DNA of 62,350 nt, counting the filler, from Sphacelaria rigidula (Eukaryota), in NCBI GenBank assembly GCA_964200075.2. It is 10 parts of 10 records of this genome, joined end to end, with 100 filler letters (N's around TTAATTAATTAA, not from the genome) between each part and the next. Parts side by side here need not be neighbours in the genome. Positions count along the whole stretch, not along the records: positions 49,963 to 56,106 come from CAXNAA020021956.1; positions 56,207 to 62,350 come from CAXNAA020021957.1; 8 more parts are not named here. One strand, 5' to 3'. Made by a program: the position numbers and the translations under genes. The notes below the pieces were generated by a model. It searched no databases, was not told where the DNA came from, and was given only the letters and a program-made list of their open reading frames with translations. Below, in pieces: positions 50,995-62,350 of the stretch (position 1 is its first letter; every line of letters starts with the position of its first letter).

Positions 50995-51244
50995 ATTTTT
51001 ACTGACTCAATCCATAATTGTTCCACATACTCAAACACATTGCGATGCGCACATCGCTGCGTAGAGTCGGCGGCTATGGAATGTAGGGGCTTCAGATAGA
51101 GGAACAACAACAGCACTGGGCCTCTACTCACCCCAACTTATCTCAGATAAAAGTATTTTTGTCAGAGCTCGACGGCGTGAGCCACAAATGAAACCGCTCG
51201 CAGTCCGTATGTTTCGAGCACGCCCTTGCTCGTGATGGAACCAT

Positions 51245-51455
51245 TGCAATGCGTGAGAGGACCGCGTGCTTAGAGGACCGCATCGGAATTGCAATACCCC
51301 TAGGGTTAGGGTTAGGGTTAGGGTTAGTGTTGGGGTTAGGGTCAGGGGCGTGGTACCTGCATGGACTGACCCGATTGGTTTTGAAAAACGTCGTTCCTGA
51401 GGTATTGTGAACTACGGTGCGGTCCTCTAAGCACGCGGTCCTCTCACGCATTACA
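51245..51455. mobile_element. Ginger-like MITE with ~40-bp TIR, CCAT TSD and internal (TTAGGG)n
   Basis: TGCAATGCGTGAGAGGACCGCGTGCTTAGAGGACCGCA ... TGCGGTCCTCTAAGCACGCGGTCCTCTCACGCATTACA, with CCAT on both sides. Confidence 0.85.
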
Positions 51456-54129
51456 CCATATCTCACGCCTCACAAAAGCCTGTTGTAATCTCTGCAAAGT
51501 GAACAATGATCGAAAAAATGGAGGTGTGATCCCTTCCTCTCCCCCCAGTGCGCACTGACTGTACATCAGATATAGCACCGCAGGTCACCGGTTACAATAT
51601 GCACCCTCCATGTGGGCCACGCCAGCACCAGCTAAGCCAATGCAAGAGGTATCTTGTTTCACTAGGATGCCAAAAAGGTCTCCATGCTCGTAGGGTCTAT
51701 TCTACACGGCCCTGACCGCAATCTGCATTGAAGACAGCCTGCTCGAAAATGAGACTGAACATGAATGTGAGGTTCAACTCCAAAACGGTGCATTCCCTGA
51801 CCTAAAGTGATGACAAATGTGTTATATGGGCGATCTTATGCCACCCGACCTGCATGAAACCTTCTCTAGGGGTCTCCAGTCTCCCGCTCCCCCAAAAGGT
51901 ACGTGCAAAAGTACCATTATCGGGCAAAAATCGTCCACTTTCTCCCCCCGAAATCGGGGCGCAAAGGTGCTTTCGCAGATAATATTCGGGGGAACGGAAG
52001 ACGGGAAAACTCCTCAAAATGTTTTAGGGAGACCCGGGGGCATGGGGCCGTCCATGTGGAAGTCACTGGTCCAAACTATGTCATCAAAACTTGTGGTGTT
52101 CAGGCAACTAAACTCAGCAACTGAACAAGGTAACACTTACTGAACTTCTACGGCATTGTCATGATGATCATACGAGAAACATTTCCAGGGTGAATGGGAC
52201 TGGTTTTGTCTGTTGACCAAAGGGTATGAGGGTGCATTTTTGCTGAAGAGATAACCTCAGTGTCGTGTGCTCTTCACTTGGTTTCGATGGATAGCTTAAA
52301 TCGTGAGACAATCCACAAACCAAACACCGCCAAGCAGGTCACGAGCTTCGCTAAAGTGTTCGAGGATTACCGGTGGTACGGAAATGACTCGCTTGCACGC
52401 CAGAGGATTTTTTGCTGTGTATGAACTCCCGGCAAGTGAGTGGCAAACACCAAATATCACACACCACACAGCGTGCGAACTATGTGTGGGCTTGGATCTC
52501 TTGAGCGTTGACTTGACTCTCGCAAACCTTGCACGTATACTTCGGTTTGCGTAGGTTCACCACCAGGGGGGGGGCGCATCCTGCTGTGCTCCATCTTCAT
52601 CGTTGTCAATGCTCATTGAGACCTGCAGGAGTGCGTACTTGTTGTCTACAGCGATAATGTGGTGGATTGGTACGTATGCATGTATAGTGTGTGCTGGGTG
52701 ATGGTTCGAGGAACGGAACAGTCAAAACCTCGTGTTTCCCTGTTTTTGGTCTCTTTCTGCTCTGTATAACACCCCCCAAACTATTGGCCAAATTATGGGT
52801 AAGATGTTTCGATGTACGATGGAATATATATGGACCGATGATATCAAATGTATCTGCGCCAATACACAACCCTAGTGATTTCACCCTCGGGTGGGGGGGA
52901 CAAAGGGTTAGAGGAAAGTACTTCGCTGTTCACATCTGCTATTATTGATTCGTGTGTCTAAGCGCATCGCCATTCGTTTGTAACACGCCAATACAGTAGA
53001 ATTGACCCGTGTGATCATGTTTCGGAGGGGGGGGGGGGAGGGGGCTGGTCCTCGGGCACGGGATAATTCCTAATTTTTCATGTTCATATTTTTAAAACAT
53101 GAACAAAAAGCTTTGATATCATCCAAAATTATTGACGGTGGATACCCGCCCCCACGGCACGGTAGACACAACCTCCCCAGATGGACGTCCATATCCTAGA
53201 TGGAGGTTGCATGATGATGCAAGACCGTGTACTTTTGGATGTTCGTCATGAAGAACAAGCGGATTACGCCTTCGTTGCATCCTGCCGATAAGAACGAGGC
53301 TACATCCACTGGAGAGTAACACTCCACGCCAAGAAACATCGACGATCTTCCCAATCTCTCAAAATCTGCACTTACTATACCGATATGGTTTCACGAACTG
53401 TTGACGGATTGCACTTTTATTTTGACCAGATGAGGGACGAATTTGGCTAACTGTACACCACCGTCTATATACATATCTATGCAAACTGATGCCTCGCCCC
53501 ATTTACAACCGTAGTCGGCGTTAGCACTCACTCAATCCGTTCCAGAACATATTCCGTACAAGTGGCTTGTAAAACACGTCTCAACATTATAGCCACACAT
53601 TCCCCAACAATTAAGCGTCTCGATACTCCGTGACCGCTTAACATGATTCGAGACACACATCGGGCGCTGATTATCCTGCCAAGAACAAACATGTATAGTC
53701 TCTTCGTGTGTCCATCAGGTAACAGCACTACTACCTCCTGGAACGGCCCGCGCGATCCTCATATACACCGAAATAGAATCGTGCCCCGGTGGATATGTTC
53801 ATCTCTTACTCGTACTTCGTACCCTATGAATCTATTCTGCTTCACCACCATATTGCAGTGCATACGATCTACTTCACGCTACTATGACCGCGCGCCCATC
53901 CACGTGCTAATTCTCATACTCCCGCCATTATCTCCTTATTCCACGTATGCCATAGCATCTGTCCCTTCTCCTGTACCCCGTATCTTCATATCCATTGAAA
54001 TACGCCAGGATTCTTCTCCCATCCATGCATACCTTTTTTCATCCAACGATCCACTTCAGCATGAAACCATGCGCGCAGACGCATACGCCGCATCTCTTGT
54101 CGCGTATGATGCCTAAACTCAGTGCCCAT

Positions 54130-54390
54130 TTGTACACCAACGGCCCGAGTGATGCTACGGCAGGGGTATACAAATATTTTCTGAGGTTAGAATTGCTAGG
54201 AGCCCTCTTTCTCATCAAAAACACGACCATGAAAATATGTGAGAGTACGCCAGGATTACTCTTCCGATGTGCTGGGGATATCCCGAATGAATTTGCAAAT
54301 GGGGATGCCCTGACCCATGTTCTTGTGCAGCTACAATCGTTGGGGGCCCCTGAACCAGACAAGATATTGCGCAAAAAGTGCAGCCTACCG
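54130..54390. repeat. Second copy of the 45484-45725 repeat (inverted)
   Basis: Colinear similarity, e.g. TGTGCTGGGGATATCCCG. Confidence 0.75.
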
Positions 54391-54659
54391 TAGCATTGCT
54401 CGCCCAGGTACCGTGCCTACCATCGTCATGGTCTGCCATGATTTTACTCTCCTTCTCAATGAAAAATAAGCAATGATCTTGCTGCACCTTACTGGCTACC
54501 CCCTCCCCACGCGCGCACAAGGTCCAGCTTCGAAGAATACTTCGGCAAGGGTTCGCACTTCATCGCATACTAATACAGCAAGTATGCACAGAGATTACAG
54601 CACTGCTCCTGAATCGTGGTAGTACCGCGGCAGTTGATCTTCGAAATACGAACCTATCA

Positions 54660-55460
54660 TCAACCCCAAGCGCTCGGGATACGCACCCGGTCCCCCTCTC
54701 TCGTCATCAAGTCCTTGGGCGGACTCGCCATGGCGTGTTTAGGTAAGCCGGACGGGTCGACTAGCTTCACGTACCCTCGAGCGCCCATCTGTAGTGCTTT
54801 GCCCCTCTGAAACGCGAGATTGACCTCGAGGACAAGGCCCTCCACAAGCTCAAGCCCCAGAGTGACCCTCGGTTGGTTGCTCCCAAGGCGAAAAACGAAG
54901 CGTGAGCTCTCGGCCGACAGCAAAATGCCACGGAATAGCTTAACCTTTGTGTGTGTGAATTACCAGCGTAGTAACGCACGGTGAGGGGGAAAGAGGCCGG
55001 AGATAGGAATAAGATTAAGAGGAAGGGAAAAGGGTATTTAGGCGCAGACTGTTTCTCGTGACGTGCATACCAACAAACGATGGCTGCACCACTTTCCCAT
55101 TCGATGGCTCCCTAACGTACATAAAATACACGATACAATTAAGCAGCATACCATGAGCACCGGCTGTTGCAAGGTAAGAGGGTTCTGTACCGACGGGCGC
55201 CTGACGGTTGATCCCGTGGTTCTTCCTTTTCGACGATCGGGATTTTTCGAGGACACAAGCTATTCCTAGTACCTTGCCAGGTGATGTCTTCATCGCTAGA
55301 TCAAGGGCATGGTGGAATCATTTCTGCCCCCTCTCTCTCCCACCCCCCGTCCTTTCGCCTCGAGATGAGGAATACGTCACCTTGTCGGACGTAAGATGGG
55401 CCACACCGCGCCCGACAGGGAGAAACTTGATGTTCATGGGCGCCAGATTGTGCTCGCGGA
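54660..55460 (-). CDS. Possible exons of an unidentified gene (55381-55460; ~54660-54910)
   Basis: 55381-55460 is bounded by tttAG and AAG|GTGACG and reads REHNLAPMNIKFLPVGRGVAHLTSDK. The downstream minus ORF has GC-rich codons but no clear acceptor. Confidence 0.3.
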
Positions 55461-58400
55461 CTAAAAGTGGGGCGTAGTTTTATCCAATGAAGTGTTCCCA
55501 TTCGCATTGGTTTGTCCACCTGAGATAATACAGGGTGATGCCGCGCCCCCCAGAAAAGTGTATAGGGACGGAGGCAAATGTATATCTGAGGTCCTTAGAC
55601 CTGATCTGAAACCAGCTGTACTTGCATTGTTCTCCAAAAAACAAAAAGAATTGATTCCTGAAAGCAGCTATGTCTGCATTCCTCAACACCAAATTGAAAC
55701 GAGTCATGCCACGACAAGGATTGTACATATGGGCCCAGATGTTTCTCACATAGGGGCTCTTTAAGTTGGCAGCTACATAAGAGTATGGCCCAAGACATCT
55801 CGGTTTTGAAAATCATTTGAGACACTCCTAGCCCCTCGAAATGCTAGTCGTGGTGTGCCATCACATGTTTGACAAGTCGTGTTTTTGATTTGATAGAGGG
55901 CTCCTAACGATTCTCATCCGAGAAATGTTGTGTAAATTCCCACCTCGGCATGATTCAGACCTGGTTTCTGAAACCAACCATCATTTCGATGCACCGTATA
56001 GCCATTTCTTCGTGACAGTGTCCCCCCCCCCCAATGGTGAGGCACCCATGAGGCAGTGTATAAGCCGTGGCTGTCTCTGGAAGTGGCGATACCAGATAAT
56101 AAAGCANNNNNNNNNNNNNNNNNNNNNNNNNNNNNNNNNNNNNNNNNNNNTTAATTAATTAANNNNNNNNNNNNNNNNNNNNNNNNNNNNNNNNNNNNNN
56201 NNNNNNCATATATAATAGTAAAAGTAAGTCATATTTGCATGAGCTAGCAAAACCTTGTATCCTGCATGACCGAAATGCTATTGTTGTTCGCTCTAGTACT
56301 CGACTTGTACAGTAGAGACACGCATGTGGACGACCACTATGGCCAACACTATTCCGTTTGTATCATGGCGCTTCCAACCGGGACTATTGTGTCGACTGTT
56401 GTCATCTGCGACGTATTGATCACTCGTCTTGCGATTTCCAAAATGCTCTGTTTCAACGAAGCATCAGCCACCATAATGCTTCGGTCCCTATATATGAAAA
56501 ATCTTTGTTCACCTCAAACGACGATAACCCGCATGTTATGACGAATAAACAAACTGTGCCTTATATGACTATTTGACAGTGTAAAGCGTAGTTGAAGTAC
56601 AGTTCCCCGCTCTGCAACATGCTTAGCATTGTCTCCCAACGCGTCTGACAAATACTCGTGGACACATGAAAGATTTCTGTGCTCATATGATCATATCTTT
56701 CGGTTGACGACGTTCCCCAACAGTTTGAAATGATGTTTCCACACGAAGGCAAGACACCCGTTCTGCTCTACTACGCTACCGTGGTGAATAGTAACTACGG
56801 CTGTGATGCGAGTTAGCTCATCATGCAATGCCTGCAGACCGTGCCTTGAAAGGGAACCTCAACCTAGTCTGCTGACCTGACGGACATCGCATGTTATGTA
56901 CACCCAATATATACTGTATATATTTCAGGGTACAATGCGGGTATTTGAATCCTATTTCGCCGCCCCTCGGGGAGTAACCTTGAGGCAAGTTTGAATTCAT
57001 GCGTTTTGATATTTGAAGATGGTGATGAATCAACAGCCAACCTCACTCGTTGTCATAACAATCTATAACCTGTGGGAAAGGAATATGATGGATCATGCTG
57101 ATAACATTGCGCTACCTGCTTGGATTGATTTCACGGCTTACTGGATACCATGTGGACAAGGCTTGCTGCATGCGGCATCTGGGTAAGAGCCAATAATGTG
57201 ATGAACCGTAAATGCTGTCAAACGCTGGACTGTTTGTTCATGTAGCCCGATATAGATATGTATATATATATGTGCCGAAATGATGTCGAGCTCATTGCTG
57301 TTCGCGGGAGTCAAGCTACCGCATCCATGCAGCGCTTATCCTCGTCCACGTGAAACCGCGTTTTACGGCAGCTATGCACGACTACAACGTGTCTGTAGCA
57401 AGCGCACACATGTATACCTCTATCATGATCCAGGGATACTATTGCAATGCTGCCCGCTTGATTTGGAGCTTGCTGTGCACTGTTGAAAAATCGGAGGTAC
57501 CTTCTGCCTTCAATGTTTAAATCAAACTTTTGATGTACTCCTATTTACTGTCGCAGTTGAAGTGGGGGTATAAAAGCAGGTCATCTGCTGTGTGCACCCC
57601 ATCACCTGAAATAGCGTTATCACAACGTTTGCGCAGTGCATAAACCAAGCTGATACCCATCTCTCTGCAACCTGCATGATATCATCAATCATTCTCCTGC
57701 TAATCAACTGATGCTGGAATGCATGAGACCATGGATCGACTGAGTATGATGCTCGGGTTGCAGCGGTGGTATCTAAAGTGCAACCCCCCGTCCCAAGTAC
57801 TGTCATCGGTCCGCTGCTATCCAAACTTGCTTGTGCCTTGACACGTTGTAACTGAGAGACACCGTCACAACCGATTGATTCATGATTCACCCTGCACATA
57901 AGTTGTACTACGGTACTTTTGCATACCGACGCGATACCCATATTCCTGTAACCTGATGCGGCGCACTGTTGTCATTCGAATGATACCAGTTATCCCTCAC
58001 CATTATCCTGCATCGATCGCGCCTTACTGTCCGATGGTATATTACCCCATGTCGCTAAAAACTGACCCACTTGAGCCAAATTTTCGGTTACCATGCGTTG
58101 AGTACGCCCTATACACATTGCCATATAAATGCGGCGGGTTTTGAGACGTGATATATGATTTCCCTTACGCCTTGAAATAAAAACTTGCCCTCACGGGTGA
58201 GTGCACAGGTTCGAAATGTGAAAGCCGATCGTGCGAGGAGCTGTGAGATGAGACAGCTTGATGCTTGCTTTATACATCACATCACGGTTGACGCCAAGAT
58301 AAAATGATCCTCTGCACCGCTTTGCTGTATTCTTGGATGCCATAGCTGCTGTACGCCCGAGTTCTGTTGTGTAACGCAGCTGCTCAGTTTTACTGTAGGC

Positions 58401-59909
58401 TCTGATTTCGCCGTGTGATGACACAACGCCATGCTTCCTTCATAGCCGTGACAGGTCAAATCTTGTCGTGTAGACCTGATTAAGTAGAGTCACGGTGGAT
58501 ACTAGGATTGCATGACTCTCCACACTGCTTTACTAAATCTTTCCATGCAACAGCTGCTGTGTGCTTCCTGCTGTGTGATGCAGCTGAAAAAGAGCAGCAC
58601 AACACTATGCCGTCTTCGCCAATCAAGCTTGTGTTTACTGTATTCGCCACATGTGCCTGTACGCCGCCCTGTTGTTGAGTATGAAGAGCTGTACGACGCC
58701 CTCTCGTTGTGAGTATTGACCATTTTCACCACGAGGGTAGGTCACCTGCTGAGTTGGCATCAGTATTCACTTGGAAAAAAATATGCATGATACAGAGGGA
58801 CTACCCGCACTGCGGTCTAGAATTCATGACGCAATACTGTGTTGCACTGTCTGAACTGCTGCTTACAACCGCCGTATGCATTGGGCACACAAGATTGTGT
58901 TACTGCATTCACGTCTTTACTGTCGTAGTTTGCACCGACAACTCTCCTGCTTCATAATTGCTCTGCACACGAATTCCAGCCAATTGTTCCGCACTTGAAA
59001 AACAAAATAATAGGCATATCGCACCACTGTCTGGGTTGTTTCTGACCAAAACAATCCTGGTTTTGTTCGCAATTCATAATGCTGTAACCACACGCTCGGG
59101 GTGCGCCGCAGGACAGACTAACGTTAGACTTGTTCACAACTGGCGCTGCTGTTGCTATACGCTATGATTTTTTGAGTTTCACACAGCTGACTGAAATGGA
59201 ACGACGGTACAATATGCCACACGTACTCAAACTCGACAAGACCCGCTGGATTAAAAATCGCGTGTGTCTTCGAACATTGAGTTGCGAGAACACCCTTGGG
59301 TTTTACGACATGCAACCGTTATATTTATTGTGATGCTGTTACAATATGGCTGTACAGGATGACGGTACTGACTGTTTACAGCCTGCACCATCTCCTCGAT
59401 GAAACCGTTGACTTTGTACTCAGCCTATCAGTGCATGAGTAATATGCGTTTACTTTGAGAACAAAAGTGTTCCGAATCACCATCGAATACCAAATGTCGG
59501 GCTATTAATGCGGGAGAACCTTTGCCGTGTACTGTACTGTTTATTCGAGTCTATATACTGTGGGGACACATGAGGTAGTGATGGCAGTGTTGCCTGAGTG
59601 AAACTACTGAACGCGATATCAACCAGCAGATGGAAGTTAACAAACTGCCTGTAGAAGAGATACACAGGGCTATCGAGATGTTGTCGGCTACAATTAGCAC
59701 CGAGTACATACAGCATAATGTATATACTTTTAGGAACGCGAACCACTTGCTCGAGTATCTCATGCATGACCACGTATGCAACGGTGAAAGAATATCGTTT
59801 TACTCTATGTGCAAATTCACGAAACTGCTTGTGTGACCGTAATACCATACTGGTTGTGCATACATGCTACAAGGCACGATACCATGTGAGCCGATTCGTT
59901 GTGAACGGA

Positions 59910-60625
59910 AATTGCGAAGCTTGAATCAACACGGGGTATTTACCCTACCCCAGTCAAGGGGGGAGCAGATCATTGATGCGTTAAATATGTGTTATTGTCA
60001 TGGAAGTTGAATGTCACTTCAACGTGGATCCCCCTGATCGATAGTTTTGCCCTTGGTGGATAGCTCCAAAGGGTATGGGTGAGTCATGCATGCTTGAGAA
60101 CTTCGGGGCTATGTGATGTCTGCTCCGATTTTGAAGAAATCAGACCCGATCATGTGCTTTGACTTTACTTCAGGACTTTCAATACATGGGTGATTGTTTC
60201 CGTGTGCACCTAATAACCGCACTTCGTACATGACCGTGTATGCAACTGATAGAGAATGACATTGTTACGCTGCCGTCCGCTAATGCACGGAAATCTGTTC
60301 GTCTAACCGTAATGTCATACTGTCTGCATACATGCCACCAAGCACGGTACCGATTAGACTTGAACATAAATTGCGAGGCTTGAATGAACGAAACATGAGG
60401 TATTCACCCTACCCCCTGGTCAGGGGGGGCAAATCATTAATGCTCGACATGCTTTATTGTCATGGAAAGTGGGTGTAACCTCTACGCGGCTCCCCCTGTT
60501 TGATCTTTTGCGCCCTTGGTAGATATCTTCAAAGAGATTATGCGAGCCATGCATGCGTGAAACAAATCGAGAGTTATATGAAGTTGTTTCGATTCTAAGA
60601 GATCAAACCCAACCATGTACTTCAA
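59910..60625. repeat. Diverged direct duplication (~255-bp unit, ~460-bp spacing)
   Basis: AATTGCGA.GCTTGAAT, ACCCTACCCC, TTATTGTCATGGAA and GCCCTTGGT occur at both 59910-60165 and 60369-60625. Confidence 0.85.
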
Positions 60626-61353
60626 GCTTACCATTCGACTGTGAATACGTGGATGTTTGTTTCCAGGTGCACTGTTGAACATACCATTATTTATTATCTG
60701 ATTAATATTACCCGCAGCGGTGGGTCACAGGACTGCATAAGCGTGCAACAGTTGCTCCTCAACAATTATTTTTGGTGCCCGCCTGCCAATTTCTATGCAG
60801 CTACTCATGAATGTGATAATCAACCCAGATCCACAACGATTGAGCGGCTACGAGTAAAGCTGAATGCTAATGTGTTTGCATGAGGCCACCAGACGGATGC
60901 TCCGTCAGTTCCCGTTGATCGTCTATACTCGTGCACGCTCTGACAATCCATTCGAAGATGACCGTCTACATGTGGGTGCGCCGACAATCAATTCGAAGAT
61001 GACCGTCCACCTGCGCGCGCTATGACCGTCCCCGGGGCAGGACTACATTCTTCTGGTCTTGAGAGTCCAGGGGTTCCGCACACCACACATTCCTTTGCCG
61101 AGATTTATACCGGAAATAATCTGATAAAAATGTTGTTGGCTTGTAATGAACGACGCGTGTGTTTACCGCGGAGACTATGTAAGTTGCTAAGATACAACCC
61201 GAACATCGAATGCATGAACAAGAAATTTGCATGAACCATGTATATATACACATATATATATATGCTTGCACCATACAACGAACAAGCAGGATTTGATTGC
61301 ATACAGGAAAATGGGCGGGGACGAAGGCTCAAGATGTCAAGACCATGTTTTTT

Positions 61354-61700
61354 CGAACAGGTGACAGGAGGCCAGGAGTTCCCCTTGCGCGTGCGAACAG
61401 GTTGACAGAGATCCAGGATTTCCCATGTGTGCCCGAACAGGTTGACAGGGGGCCAGGAGTTAACCTTGCGCGTGCGAACGGGTTGACAGAGATCCAGGAT
61501 TTCCCATGTGTGCCCGAACAGGTTGACAGGCATCCAAGAATTCCCATGCTGTCCGAACAAGTTGACAGGGGGCCAGGATTTTCCCACGTGTGCCCGAACA
61601 GGTTGACAGGCATCCAGGAATTATCATGCTGTCCGAACAGGTTCACAAGGGACCAGGGTTTTCCCATGTGTGCCCGAACAGGTTGACATGGAGTCAGAAT
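61354..61700. repeat. Minisatellite, ~40-41-bp unit, ~9 copies
   Basis: Recurrent CGAACAGGTTGACAG...CCAGGA(T/G)TT. Confidence 0.92.
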
Positions 61701-62019
61701 TTCCTTGGGAGTACATGAATTTATACCTGGCTGTCTTCGACACGTGATACCCTGGCCAAATGTACACGCGTGAACCTGTTTTGTCCCGTTACATTGCTGT
61801 TCCCTTCGTTCTCCTTCCCCTATATTTGTTTTGTTCGCTATCATTATACTGGTGAAGCGCTGCTATTTATGTTACTGGTTCCATCGTTTCTCACGCTGTT
61901 GATGACTGAGAATGTTTCTTCCAGGCCACGTCCATCTGATACACCATCTCGAGCAGAAAGGGGCTCAATTGCGCGGTAGATTCCCCGATGTACCAATAAT
62001 CCGCAAACGGTTTACGGAC

Positions 62020-62255
62020 AGCCCAGAGCGGTCAACAAGATCAAGGACTTATCCGGACTGGATGGGATCGTTTCTGTACGCTGTTTAAAAATTCCCTACG
62101 CGGTCTAACCCGGCAGAGCGGTCAACAAGATCAAGGACTTCTCCGGACTGGATGGGATTGTTTCTGTACGGGGTTTAAATTCCCTACGTGGTCTAACCCA
62201 GCAGAGCGGTCAACAGGTCAAGGACTTCTCCGAACTGGATGGGATCGTTTCTGTG
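62020..62255. repeat. Tandem repeat, ~87-bp unit, nearly 3 copies
   Basis: CAGAGCGGTCAACA...TCAAGGACTT.TCCG.ACTGGATGGGAT at ~62023, 62113 and 62202. Confidence 0.92.
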
Positions 62256-62350
62256 ACACTTTCTACGATACCCCCCCCCAAAAACCAGCTAAAAGTGTCA
62301 CGAAAAAAATGGCCATATAGCGCCTGATGCTCGGGTTCAGGCTGCATGAA

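Noticed and set aside
51300..51342. True chromosome telomere
   Set aside because: It is only a few units, enclosed within TIRs in mid-contig.
53995..54393. Apparent paralogous proteins (with 45482-45679) sharing CAGDIP.EFA
   Set aside because: The similarity is explained by a DNA repeat ending at a common terminus; no known domain, and indels differ between copies.
56207..59900. Many short ORFs in the last contig
   Set aside because: No motifs, codon bias or convincing splice pattern; left unannotated.

Overview
This is eukaryotic, repeat-rich, gene-poor DNA, most likely from a brown alga or other stramenopile (inferred from roughly balanced GC, spliceosomal GT-AG exons, RTE LINEs and CAG/CAA microsatellites). 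The window is not one locus. It is ten unrelated ~6.14-kb contigs joined by artificial 100-bp linkers (44N-TTAATTAATTAA-44N), so nothing should be read across the joins. It contains decayed Ty1/copia (3 fragments), Ty3/gypsy and LINE retroelements, an intron-containing hAT/BED transposase fragment and a tRNA-derived SINE family whose 3' end resembles the local RTE LINE. There are several non-autonomous TIR elements (Sola2-like, a Ginger-like element carrying TTAGGG, piggyBac-like, foldback) and a few host exons (SPX-domain first exon, orphan multi-exon gene). One whole contig (37474-43618) is a 62-63-bp satellite with a 13-monomer higher-order repeat, and several of its monomer types show same-register hairpin complementarity. 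No prokaryotic systems or CRISPR arrays were seen. All alignments were made by eye.
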